Position numbers and translations under genes: made by a program
Notes under the pieces: generated by a model
What the model was told of the DNA's origin: nothing
Seen by the model: only the letters and a program-made list of their open reading frames with translations
Databases searched by the model: none
Source of the DNA: Minisyncoccota bacterium
GTDB taxonomy: Bacteria; Patescibacteriota; Minisyncoccia; Phycocordibacterales; PALSA-1337
NCBI GenBank assembly: GCA_041665325.1
Contig: JBAYJB010000004.1
Location: 1,048 to 65,047, forward strand
DNA length: 64,000 nt
Direction of reading: 5' to 3'
Shown: piece after piece, positions 31,619 through 40,050 of the stretch
Layout: every line of letters starts with the position of its first letter
How positions within the stretch are numbered: the stretch's first letter is position 1

Positions 31619-32176
31619 TTATTTTACCATGAGCGCAGAAAAACGTTTCTCAAGGTGCTCCAGCTTCGGCGCGATCACGATCTGACAGTATGCTTGGTCT
31701 GGATGATTCTTGTAATAATCCTTGTGATAATCCTCGGCTGGGTAGAAAACATCAAACGGCCTTATGTCCGTAATAACCGGCTTGTCATAGGCCTTCGAAA
31801 CGTTCAACTCCTTGATCAAATCCTCTGCAATCTTCTTCTGTTCATTATCTAAATAGAATATCGAAGACTGATATTGGACGCCAACATCATCGCCTTGCCT
31901 GTTCCTAGTCGTAGGATCATGCGTATGGAAAAAGACTAATAACAGGTCGTCGAAGGAGATGACACTCGGATCATACTCGATCTTGATCGATTCTACATAT
32001 CCGGTATTGCCGCCCGAGACTTGTTCGTATGATGGATCCTTGGTCGTACCGCCGGTGTATCCGGGCATGACGGATAAAACCCCCTTCAATGAAGAAAATA
32101 CCGCTTCCGTACACCAAAAACAGCCTCCACCGAAGACGGCTGTTGATAATTGAGGAGTTCCGTTATTTCCAACCAT
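31619..32176 (-). CDS. msrA: Peptide methionine sulfoxide reductase MsrA
   Basis: Active site GGGCFWC. Confidence 0.93.
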   Translation of the reverse strand: MVGNNGTPQLSTAVFGGGCFWCTEAVFSSLKGVLSVMPGYTGGTTKDPSYEQVSGGNTGYVESIKIEYDPSVISFDDLLLVFFHTHDPTTRNRQGDDVGVQYQSSIFYLDNEQKKIAEDLIKELNVSKAYDKPVITDIRPFDVFYPAEDYHKDYYKNHPDQAYCQIVIAPKLEHLEKRFSALMVK

Positions 32177-32278
32177 GCTTAGCGGCCTTCTTCACGCGGC
32201 GGGCGTGCTTAGTCGCTAGGCGCTTCTTGGTCTTCCTGGAACGCGAGCCGTGGGCTTGGACTGATGCTCTTTTTGCCA
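32163..32278 (-). CDS. Small highly basic protein (38 aa, MAKRASVQAHGSRSRKTKKRLATKHARRVKKAAKHGWK); ribosomal-protein-like with a weak bL34-like C-terminal pattern
   Basis: TATAAT lies 6 nt upstream of the ATG (leaderless arrangement) and the ORF overlaps the msrA start by 14 nt. The longer 181-aa ORF in the track overlaps the SDR gene and is rejected. Confidence 0.35.
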
Positions 32279-32345
32279 TGGGGGCATTATATACTATATG
32301 GCAGTGAATGAGAAATCCGCGCCGCGTCTGTGTTAAAATAAAGCT

Positions 32346-33029
32346 ATGAAAACCGTCCTCATCACCGGCGTAGGCCGGGGCATCGGCAAGGCTCTGGCCG
32401 AGAGATTCTTGCACGAAGGGTACGCCGTCATCGGCACAGCACAAACAGGTAAGGTTGATTACTCGAATGACAATCTGAAGATACACAAGCTGGACCTGAC
32501 TTCGCACAAGTCGATCGGGGAATGTGCGACAGAGATCAGAGAGTCCGGGGCGAAGATCGATGTTCACATAAATAACTCTGGCACGCTCGAGGATGAAGAA
32601 GAAACCGCGGTCAAGATAGACAAGCTCCGCCAAACACTGGAAGTCAATCTGATCGGTACGATCGACCTGACCGAACATGTCATCCCTCTCATCGTTCGGG
32701 GCGGCCACATCGTGAGCATCACTTCCCAGGCCGGCTCGCTCACTGATATGGACAACATCGAGGACTCACATGAGCCATATCACTACCCGGCTTACAAGAT
32801 CTCCAAGGCCGCGCTCAATATGTACACACGCACTCTGGCTGCACGTCTCAAGCACGAAGGCGCGGACATCATCGTTTCCTCGGTCCACCCCGGTTGGGTC
32901 CGTACTAACATGGGCGGCAAGGAAGCTCCGATCACGCCGGAAGAAGCGGCGGGCGACATCTTCAAGCTCGCTACATCACACCCCGAGACCGGGCAATTCT
33001 GGTACAAGGGCGAGAAGTTTGTGTGGTAA
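32346..33029 (+). CDS. Short-chain dehydrogenase/reductase (SDR)
   Basis: Rossmann TGVGRGIG and the catalytic YxxxK motif (YKISK). Confidence 0.88.
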   Translation: MKTVLITGVGRGIGKALAERFLHEGYAVIGTAQTGKVDYSNDNLKIHKLDLTSHKSIGECATEIRESGAKIDVHINNSGTLEDEEETAVKIDKLRQTLEVNLIGTIDLTEHVIPLIVRGGHIVSITSQAGSLTDMDNIEDSHEPYHYPAYKISKAALNMYTRTLAARLKHEGADIIVSSVHPGWVRTNMGGKEAPITPEEAAGDIFKLATSHPETGQFWYKGEKFVW

Positions 33030-33075
33030 CAAAAAGGCCGTGCTCTACATCTTTAGAGTACAGCCTAAAACTGAT

Positions 33076-33441
33076 TTATAGATCCATTCGCCGAAGGAAT
33101 TCAGTCACTTCCTGATGACTACGATCGCAATGCGGTGCAAGGAATCCAATGATTCTATTCATGTTCTCTGGAACGATCCGATCTGTCACAAAGGTCGGTC
33201 TGGCGATGAGACGCCGTTCAACATCGATATGAACGCCCAATTCGCTTCCCGGGCGGACAAAGTCCTGAACAAAATCGATACAGCCGCGAGAACGGAGCCA
33301 GCGACGATACGGATCAGGGTCAGCGGCTTCGACTACTACATCCCTTTTGAGAAAGATAGTGCAGTAGAGAGTCAGGTCGCGGAACGATGGAAGCCAAGTT
33401 GGAGGATTGACTAGCTGGTCACGGATGACGATGGTTGGCAT
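33076..33441 (-). CDS. Hypothetical protein (start probably the internal Met, MPTIVIRD)
   Basis: ORF only; no motifs recognised. Confidence 0.4.
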   Translation of the reverse strand: MPTIVIRDQLVNPPTWLPSFRDLTLYCTIFLKRDVVVEAADPDPYRRWLRSRGCIDFVQDFVRPGSELGVHIDVERRLIARPTFVTDRIVPENMNRIIGFLAPHCDRSHQEVTEFLRRMDL

Positions 33442-33511
33442 TTTTAAAATCCCTCTTGTGGAGCTGGGGTTGCTATGCAGTTTGGAAAATCTGGCCAAGT
33501 TGAATAATACT

Positions 33512-34156
33512 CTATTTGGCACCATCCGCAACTCTCCAGAGATACCACGAAGCGGCCGTGGCGTGCGCGCGCCAATGTTTTGCCAATCTCTCCATGGTTC
33601 GGATACTAGGCAATGATTTGAATCCGTAAACTATCTGAAATCCCTTTTGAATGCCCAGATCCCCAGTCGGGAATATGTCCGGCCTATTCAGCGTGAATAT
33701 GAGGAACATATGCGCCGTCCACTCCCCTATCCCTTTCACTTGGGTGAGATGTTCGATGATCTCTTCATTCGTGAGTTTGTGAATATTTTTGTGCTTGATA
33801 GAGCCGTCTGTGAATCTTGAAGCTAGGTCATGGATATAAGAAGCCTTTTGCCCTGACAATCCGGCAGTTCTAAGTTTTTTGATCGGAGTCTTTCGTACTT
33901 TTTCCGGACTTGGGAACTTCTTACCTGAACCGAACAGATTAACGAACTTATTATAAATGCTCTGCGCCGCCTTCCCCGATACTTGCTGGTGAATGATTGA
34001 GCGCGCCAAGGCCTGGAAATGATCCTTGCCGCGCGTAAGGTCCGGCAGGCCGTACTTCTTGATGAGTGGCTTGAATTTTGGGTCTTTGCGGAGGTGTTCG
34101 ATCGAGGGGTGGAGGGACATGGGATCATCATATCTGTTTTGAAGGTCGACCACCAA
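33512..34156 (-). CDS. HhH-GPD base-excision DNA glycosylase (AlkA/3-methyladenine glycosylase II-like)
   Basis: HhH-GPD motif LTQVKGIGEWTAHMFLIF followed by a catalytic Asp. Confidence 0.8.
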   Translation of the reverse strand: MVVDLQNRYDDPMSLHPSIEHLRKDPKFKPLIKKYGLPDLTRGKDHFQALARSIIHQQVSGKAAQSIYNKFVNLFGSGKKFPSPEKVRKTPIKKLRTAGLSGQKASYIHDLASRFTDGSIKHKNIHKLTNEEIIEHLTQVKGIGEWTAHMFLIFTLNRPDIFPTGDLGIQKGFQIVYGFKSLPSIRTMERLAKHWRAHATAASWYLWRVADGAK

Positions 34157-34214
34157 TCATTTGACTTCGACCGTTCCTTATCCTAACCTAAAAATCAGAT
34201 AACCCATCTATACT

Positions 34215-34658
34215 ATGAAAATCAGACTAAGACCCGCCACCGCGGATGATGTCGGAGCCTATGTCCGCATCGCCCGGGGCGTAGCTTCGCCCATCAACCT
34301 GACCATCATTGATCCGGCAGAGGTCCTCGCCGAGATCAACAGCGCCTGCGTATTTATGATCAAGCGCGACACTGAGATCGTCGGATATATCTCTTACGAG
34401 GAGAGGTCCTCTACCCACACCTATATCTCCGAGCTTGCCATCCATCCAGATTTCCAGGGCAGTGGCATGGGGAGCCAAGCACTCGGCACACTGCTCATGG
34501 ATCTTGGTCGGGCCGGTTACAACCACATCGAACTCGTCACTCACCCGGACAATCCTGCCAAACGGCTTTACGAGCGACATGGCTTCACGGTGACAGGGCG
34601 GATCGAGGATTACGAAGGCAGCCACACTCCCCGGCTCGTCTTGAGCCGCCGTATCTAA
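34215..34658 (+). CDS. GNAT family N-acetyltransferase
   Basis: Acetyl-CoA-binding motif ELAIHPDFQGSGMGSQAL. Confidence 0.85.
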   Translation: MKIRLRPATADDVGAYVRIARGVASPINLTIIDPAEVLAEINSACVFMIKRDTEIVGYISYEERSSTHTYISELAIHPDFQGSGMGSQALGTLLMDLGRAGYNHIELVTHPDNPAKRLYERHGFTVTGRIEDYEGSHTPRLVLSRRI

Positions 34659-34725
34659 GACCGAGAGCCTGAATGTCGCCTCGCATGCATCGCAACCGCC
34701 TGAAACATGGCGGTTTTTTGTTGTC

Positions 34726-34965
34726 TTATCTCAGAATATTGACGATTGCTATCAACGCCACCACGAACCACACGATATTGAGCACGCCCGGCTGGTAGTC
34801 TTTCTTGTGGAATGAAACTGTGACGATTCCTAGAGCACCGGTAAGATTGAGAATTTGATAAGAAACAGAGTCTGATGTTACGACTGAAAAACTGACCAAT
34901 GCATATGCAAGCATGATTGCGCATGTCCCATACCAACCAAAGATTTCGATGAGTTTAGTTTTCAT
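34726..34965 (-). CDS. Small membrane protein (about 79 aa, 2 TM)
   Basis: Hydrophobic ORF with its start overlapping the stop of the upstream NUDIX gene. Confidence 0.45.
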   Translation of the reverse strand: MKTKLIEIFGWYGTCAIMLAYALVSFSVVTSDSVSYQILNLTGALGIVTVSFHKKDYQPGVLNIVWFVVALIAIVNILR

Positions 34966-35411
34966 TATTTTTTCCCTATCTCCAAATACTCCTTCACTCC
35001 CTTGAGCCACCCACCCTTGAAATAATCCTCCGGCTTGAATGTATTCATGTCGGCCCACAACTCCTCGACATGCTGTGCTGACATCTTAGGTGAGCCTGAT
35101 ATGAGCGTAGCCTGATATCCGACGGCAAATATGCGCGTGAGATTGCCCCCGGCTGCGTCTATCCGCTCATGACGCATGAAGACGATGGGCTTGCCGAGCT
35201 CATACACAAGCCCGTCGCCGATCTCCTCTTTCATCTTCCTTCTGATGATCTCTTCGAGGGGCGCGTCGAATTCATGTTTCTTGATCCGACCGCCAGGAAT
35301 ATCCCAGTCGCCGAAGCGATCCTTAAAGACATAGAACTTCCCATCTTTTTCCAAGAAGACCTTGACTGCTACGAAGTACGTGTCTTTCTGTTTTGAGTCT
35401 AGGTCAGGCAT
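34965..35411 (-). CDS. NUDIX hydrolase
   Basis: Nudix box GGRIKKHEFDAPLEEIIRRKMKEEIG. Confidence 0.85.
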   Translation of the reverse strand: MPDLDSKQKDTYFVAVKVFLEKDGKFYVFKDRFGDWDIPGGRIKKHEFDAPLEEIIRRKMKEEIGDGLVYELGKPIVFMRHERIDAAGGNLTRIFAVGYQATLISGSPKMSAQHVEELWADMNTFKPEDYFKGGWLKGVKEYLEIGKK

Positions 35412-35414
35412 AAG

Positions 35415-35771
35415 TTACATTCCGATGTTGGGATTACTTCTAAACTGGCTTTTGAACTGTTGATCTTGTACGGCTCTTTCTGCTTTTGTGTACTCATTAA
35501 TATCAACACCGAAGCTCACTCTACTCACAGTAGAATTTTTTAACTCAGCAGACCCAGTTGCCCCCAGTTGACCAATGCCCCAAACTTTAATTTCTCCGCC
35601 TCCCTTTCCTGAATTAGTTGATTCAACGGTAACCGCAACATCAAATTCAAGGGCTGTTCTTTGTTCCTTAACCCCCTTAAATCTGACATCCCTTCCCGTT
35701 TCTTTGTTTGCCTCAGAAACGGCCTGATCAAGGTCGATTATTACTTTTTTCACAAAATCCTTTAGTTCCAT
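35415..35771 (-). CDS. Small hypothetical protein whose pattern resembles a Trypco2-like, conflict-system-associated domain (118 aa)
   Basis: ALEFDVAVTVESTNSGKGGGEIKVWGIGQLGATGSAEL...VSFGV pattern; low GC; family assignment by memory only. Confidence 0.45.
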   Translation of the reverse strand: MELKDFVKKVIIDLDQAVSEANKETGRDVRFKGVKEQRTALEFDVAVTVESTNSGKGGGEIKVWGIGQLGATGSAELKNSTVSRVSFGVDINEYTKAERAVQDQQFKSQFRSNPNIGM

Positions 35772-35795
35772 TTTTGATATTTTAATTTAAATTCT

Positions 35796-37475
35796 CTACG
35801 ACTCCCTCACAATATGCTTGAACGCATACTCCAAGGTCCCGCCGACCTTCTTCCCCGGATTAAATATGCCCTTGGGGTCCCAGATCTTCTTGGTCTCTTC
35901 AAACAGCCGATAGACCGCCTCGCCGTACTGCATCTTCACGAACGGGGTGCGGATGATGCCGTCGTTGTGCTCGCCAGTGATGGAGCCGCCGAATTCATGC
36001 ACGAGCGTATAGACCTTGACCGAGAGCTCCTCGATGATCTTGTGCGCCTTCTCCTGCTTCAGGTCCATGAGCGGGATGATGTGGAAGTTGCCGTCGCCGA
36101 CGTGCCCCGCGATGGTGTAGGTCAGGTCCTTCTTGTACGGTTCGAGCAAGGCGTAGAGCTTAGGCAGGAATACCGGCAAGTCCTTGGGCATGACCACGAA
36201 ATCGTCGATAAATGGGGCCGTGCGCACACCATGGATGTGTTTGCGCAACATGTTGAAGCTCTCGCGGCGGATGACCCAATACTTGTGCGAGTCTGCTTCC
36301 GTCTTGGTCACGCGGCTCTTCTCGTGGAAGCCCTTGAGCGAATCGTGCGCCTCGGTGGCCATCTTCAAGGCCTCGGCATCCGTGTCCGCCGTGAACTCCG
36401 CCATGAGGACAAGCTTCGGCAAGCCGCCAGACTCTAGGACTGCCAACATTTCTGGCATGAATGAGAGGCCGAGCGTGATCAAGTTCCCGCCCATCTGCTT
36501 CATGAGTTGTGGCAAGAATTTGATCGCCACCTTGAGCGTCTGATCGTCGTATGATTCAAAACTCTCCGGCTTGTGTTCGAGGATATGCGTCGCTGTTTCA
36601 CCGAGCAGTTTCAAGTCAGGCAAGAATACTACCAACATGTGCGAGTGCAGTTTCGGCTTCACCAGCCCGAACTCTATCTCCGTGATCATGCCCAACGTTC
36701 CCTGTGCACCCACGATCATCTTAGTCAGGTCGAAAGTGTCGGCGGCCTCATCGCGGACATTCCACAAATAATAGCCGCAGGAATTTTTTGATACCTGTGG
36801 CTTGGCGTTTTTGATGATCTCCGCATTGTCATCGATCAGGACCGACATCTTGCGATATATCTCCCCCTCAAATGTTTTCAGTGCTTTCTTGGCTTCGAGT
36901 TCCGCCGGATTCATGGCCTTAAATTCATACTCATTTCCATCCGCGCAAACCATCTTGAGACGGCGGATGTATCTTTCAGTTTTTCCGTAAGTTAATGTCT
37001 TCTCACCCCCAGAGTTATTTGCCGCGATGCCACCAACAGTGCAGAGCTCGCGCGAAGCCGGATATGACGGCATGATTTGCCCGCCAGCCGCCATCGTGGC
37101 CTTGTCGAAGTCGCGATAATAGACGCCGGGCTCCGTAACAACGTATCCGGAGATCTCTGTTCCCTTCTGACTTCCCTGCGGCTCTTCCCTGACTTCCTTG
37201 ATCTTATTGAAATATTTCGTGAATGAGACGACGATCGATTCCGAGAGCGGCCCGCCCGACATGTCTGTTCCCGCCGAGCGCGCGGTCAGATTGACCCCCT
37301 CGTGCGCGTTGGCGTATGTGACAAGCTTCTTCAGATCTTCGACATCCTTGGGATCTACTACGACCTGCGGCCGGACTTCAAATAGGCTGGCGTCGTGGCT
37401 AGCTGCAGTAAGTGCCTCATCGGAAGTTTCCACGTCGCCGGAGATGAGGGATTTCAATTCTTGTGGGTCGATCAT
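35796..37475 (-). CDS. FAD-linked oxidase (GlcD/D-lactate dehydrogenase-like). The probable start is the internal Met (MIDPQ), 7 nt after a TATAAT box.
   Basis: FAD-binding PCMH domain and C-terminal FAD-oxidase domain, about 560 aa. The track's 19-aa N-terminal extension overlaps the divergent promoter. Confidence 0.8.
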   Translation of the reverse strand: MIDPQELKSLISGDVETSDEALTAASHDASLFEVRPQVVVDPKDVEDLKKLVTYANAHEGVNLTARSAGTDMSGGPLSESIVVSFTKYFNKIKEVREEPQGSQKGTEISGYVVTEPGVYYRDFDKATMAAGGQIMPSYPASRELCTVGGIAANNSGGEKTLTYGKTERYIRRLKMVCADGNEYEFKAMNPAELEAKKALKTFEGEIYRKMSVLIDDNAEIIKNAKPQVSKNSCGYYLWNVRDEAADTFDLTKMIVGAQGTLGMITEIEFGLVKPKLHSHMLVVFLPDLKLLGETATHILEHKPESFESYDDQTLKVAIKFLPQLMKQMGGNLITLGLSFMPEMLAVLESGGLPKLVLMAEFTADTDAEALKMATEAHDSLKGFHEKSRVTKTEADSHKYWVIRRESFNMLRKHIHGVRTAPFIDDFVVMPKDLPVFLPKLYALLEPYKKDLTYTIAGHVGDGNFHIIPLMDLKQEKAHKIIEELSVKVYTLVHEFGGSITGEHNDGIIRTPFVKMQYGEAVYRLFEETKKIWDPKGIFNPGKKVGGTLEYAFKHIVRES

Positions 37476-37525
37476 GCCGGGTATTATAACCTGAAAAACC
37501 ACTGAAATAAGGTTATTCCTATGCA

Positions 37526-37555
37526 TTGACAAGTAGTAGAGTTTAATGCTATAAT
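37526..37555 (+). promoter_or_regulatory. Consensus sigma-70 promoter TTGACA-N18-TGcTATAAT driving the 37667 gene with an about 105-nt structured leader
   Basis: TTGACAagtagtagagtttaatgcTATAAT. Confidence 0.6.
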
Positions 37556-37666
37556 ATAAGCAGATTCTTAATCGTATGGTTAAGTCGTTTCCTGCATCGC
37601 AAGATGGGAAATAAGGGGGTATGTGCGTTCCTCATCTAATGCACAGTTCAAAGAAAAAGGTGTTGT

Positions 37667-38140
37667 ATGACACAATACAAAATAGTAAATGGTCCGTCTA
37701 AACACGACCTTGACATAGCATTCATCAATCGGATCAATGGGAAGCGCCTGCCCGTTGAGTTTTGGGTCGAGGGGCTATATAGCACAAATCCGAACGAACG
37801 AACGAATGTATGTGCCGTCATAAACAGTCTTAGCTGGGAAGATGGTTCCGGCGAAAGCTGGAACTTCGAGGGATATGTCACCTGCCACGACAAGGAGGTT
37901 ATGTATCCAGGCAAGATTAAGGGTCAATACTGGACGAGCAGTCGTGAGGGGATCATGACCATCAGTCAGGAGGTTGACGGACTCAACACGATAATCGTGA
38001 GCAAGAGAAGTGATGATTACCATGCCCAGCTGGCCCACTATTGCGGTGCTTGGGATTGTGGAAAAACGGCTGACGAGGCCATCGGCGCTCTGATCCGAAC
38101 ACACAGCAAAAAGTTTGGCATCAAGCTCGAAAGCAGCTAA
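37667..38140 (+). CDS. Hypothetical protein (157 aa)
   Basis: ORF bounded by a consensus promoter and a strong terminator; no motifs recognised. Confidence 0.55.
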   Translation: MTQYKIVNGPSKHDLDIAFINRINGKRLPVEFWVEGLYSTNPNERTNVCAVINSLSWEDGSGESWNFEGYVTCHDKEVMYPGKIKGQYWTSSREGIMTISQEVDGLNTIIVSKRSDDYHAQLAHYCGAWDCGKTADEAIGALIRTHSKKFGIKLESS

Positions 38141-38189
38141 GCCCCCTCAAGGAAGTCCACGCGACAACCTTGCGGGGGCTTTCTTTTTT
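38141..38189 (+). terminator. Strong intrinsic terminator
   Basis: GCCCCCTCAAGG...CCTTGCGGGGGC followed by TTTCTTTTTT. Confidence 0.75.
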
Positions 38190-38193
38190 GCAT

Positions 38194-38228
38194 AAAATTT
38201 CTAAGTCAAAACTCGAAAAACATGGTCT
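38194..38228 (+). repeat. 35-nt sequence, copy 2 of 2 (identical to 27549..27583)
   Basis: Exact identity; lies between the terminator and the 3' end of the anti-sigma gene. Confidence 0.8.
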
Positions 38229-38254
38229 AGTAATACGCGCTATGCTCGTCTTTC

Positions 38255-38598
38255 CTATGCGCCGACAGTCTGGGCAAACCGCGCATGCCTCACATTCCTC
38301 ACGATATCCGATACGAACCAAACCCCAATAGCGACGGCCAGAACGAGAGTAGACTGTACGCCAAGCTCGGTATGAGCAAATGCCCCCAACAGATACTTCG
38401 CACACGCGACGAAACCACCGACATGGGACATATTTCCCAAGACATGCGGCACGGAAACCAGAGAGACGAACGAGATGACTGAGACCGCCAAGGCCGCCGC
38501 CTTCGCCGTCACCGGACTGAAGACCCGGCGCATCAGATGGACCGCACGCACGCGACGCATGATATCGGTAGTGAGTTGTGCTTCTTTTTGGTTCATTT
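38255..38598 (-). CDS. Putative membrane anti-sigma factor (about 114 aa, start MNQKEAQ) overlapping the stop of the ECF sigma gene
   Basis: Overlaps the ECF sigma gene by 4 nt and has two TM segments. The 222-aa ORF in the track has a spurious N-terminal extension. Confidence 0.45.
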
Positions 38599-39183
38599 TA
38601 TTGATATTGGGGACAAGGACATATTCATGTCTATCTTTTGCATCTCTTTCTTGGCGCGATGGATGCGCTGGCGGATCACTCCGTGCGAGACGCCTTCCCG
38701 CTCGGCGATCTCCTTCTGCGGCAACCCATCGATGAAGTGGAGCTCGACGGCGCGCCGCAACAAGACCGGCAATTTCGAGAGCAATCTCATGACATGATCG
38801 GCCGTAAGTCTCTGCTCGAGCGCCGCCAGGCCCGCCTGATCCGGGATGATCTCCGCGAACTCCGGTTCGAGATCGAGCGAGACCGTATCGGCGCGCTGTT
38901 TCTTGCGATAAGCCGTGTAGCACTGGTTGACTAGGATGGTATAAGCCCAGGAAGAGAACGAGGCCCCTGCCTGCGGGCGGAACTTCCCCGCGGCGATATA
39001 GATGCGCACAAAAGTCTCCTGGACGACATCATTGGCGTCATCCTCGTTGCCGAGGATCGAGGTAGCCTTGCGTACAAATGCACGCTGATATCGGCCCACT
39101 AGCTCCTCGAAAAAGGCCGGTTTATCTATAGAAAGCTTGAGGATATCGGCGTCCCCCAGCGACTTTGGATCTGCAATATTCAT
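38593..39183 (-). CDS. ECF-type RNA polymerase sigma factor (sigma-70 regions 2 and 4)
   Basis: FVRIYIAAGKFRPQAGASFSSWAYTILVNQCYTAYRKK in region 2 and a region 4 helix-turn-helix. GGTTATAAT lies 8 nt upstream of the ATG. Confidence 0.85.
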   Translation of the reverse strand: MNIADPKSLGDADILKLSIDKPAFFEELVGRYQRAFVRKATSILGNEDDANDVVQETFVRIYIAAGKFRPQAGASFSSWAYTILVNQCYTAYRKKQRADTVSLDLEPEFAEIIPDQAGLAALEQRLTADHVMRLLSKLPVLLRRAVELHFIDGLPQKEIAEREGVSHGVIRQRIHRAKKEMQKIDMNMSLSPISIK

Positions 39184-39241
39184 GTTCGGTCATTATAACC
39201 TACCCTATACCGGGAATGTTACAACCTGTTATACTCTGCTT

Positions 39242-40033
39242 ATGAAACAACATTCCTCCCTCATTTCCGCTCTGATAATAGTCGTCATCATCGCCTTTGT
39301 GGTATTCGATATCTTTGCGCCGAAGAAGATCGGCATCCCGCAGGATAGCGAGCCGACGGCTACATCTTCCACCACCGATAAGTCGGTGACTGGGAGCGTC
39401 AGTGCCTCCACCGTCTCAGTCAAGGAATCATCCCCATCCACCCCTACAATAGATGTCGAATTTCCCCAATTCACCGGCTTGCCGGCTGACTTCAACGAAA
39501 CCATCGGCGCGTCCGTCTCCGGTCGATTGGCCGACTTCCGTGAGATCATAATGGAGAATGATATCGCCAGGAAAACGACCTCCGCGTCAGGCGGAGCGGC
39601 GATCCCGCTCTCGGCTTTTTCATTCAATGCCTCATGGAAACCGGGACGAGTGGATGATCGATATGTGAGCATCGTCGTCCGTTATGATTCGTATGCCGGC
39701 GGCGCCAACGAGAACCAGGAATTGGAGACTTTCAACTACGATGTCGCGGCCAAGAAGACCCTGGTCCTAAGCGACCTCTTCCCCGGCACCACGGACTATC
39801 TCGTGCAGATCTCGACCTTGGCGCGCGCCGACCTCAAAGCCAAGCTCGAACAAGCTTCGAACGGAAGCATCCTGCCGGAGATGTTCGACGCCGGCACGGT
39901 GGCCATCGACGAGAACTACCACAACTTCACCTTCACCGACAATACAGTGACGATCTACTTCCCGAAATATTCAGTGGCGCCGGGTGCCTTCGGTGAACAG
40001 AAAGTGGTCATCCAGAGGGACGCGGTCAAATAG
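39242..40033 (+). CDS. Membrane-anchored DUF3298/DUF4163 (RsiV-like ectodomain) protein
   Basis: N-terminal TM helix and ETFNYDVAAKKTLVLSDLF...VTIYFPKYSVAPGAFG, a pattern I read as the DUF3298 family. TATACT lies 6 nt upstream of the ATG at 39242; the track's 39137 start is probably spurious. Confidence 0.6.
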   Translation: MKQHSSLISALIIVVIIAFVVFDIFAPKKIGIPQDSEPTATSSTTDKSVTGSVSASTVSVKESSPSTPTIDVEFPQFTGLPADFNETIGASVSGRLADFREIIMENDIARKTTSASGGAAIPLSAFSFNASWKPGRVDDRYVSIVVRYDSYAGGANENQELETFNYDVAAKKTLVLSDLFPGTTDYLVQISTLARADLKAKLEQASNGSILPEMFDAGTVAIDENYHNFTFTDNTVTIYFPKYSVAPGAFGEQKVVIQRDAVK

Positions 40034-40050
40034 GCGCCGAGAGTTGAGTG

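Noticed and set aside
32163-32708. 181-aa minus-strand ORF overlapping the SDR gene
   Set aside because: It overlaps a well-supported plus-strand SDR gene for over 360 nt. Only the 3'-terminal 38 codons, downstream of a TATAAT box, look like a real gene.
27549-38228. Interpreting the two 35-nt direct repeats as boundaries of a 10.6-kb mobile element
   Set aside because: The intervening DNA holds core genes (aspS, nrnA, msrA, ppiB) with normal GC and no integrase or transposase, so a regulatory or miniature repeat is more plausible.
38255-38923. 222-aa ORF overlapping the ECF sigma gene
   Set aside because: The N-terminal 108 aa are Arg/Gly-rich, out of frame with and antisense-independent of sigma coding sequence. 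Only the C-terminal 114 aa (2 TM) make sense as an anti-sigma factor.
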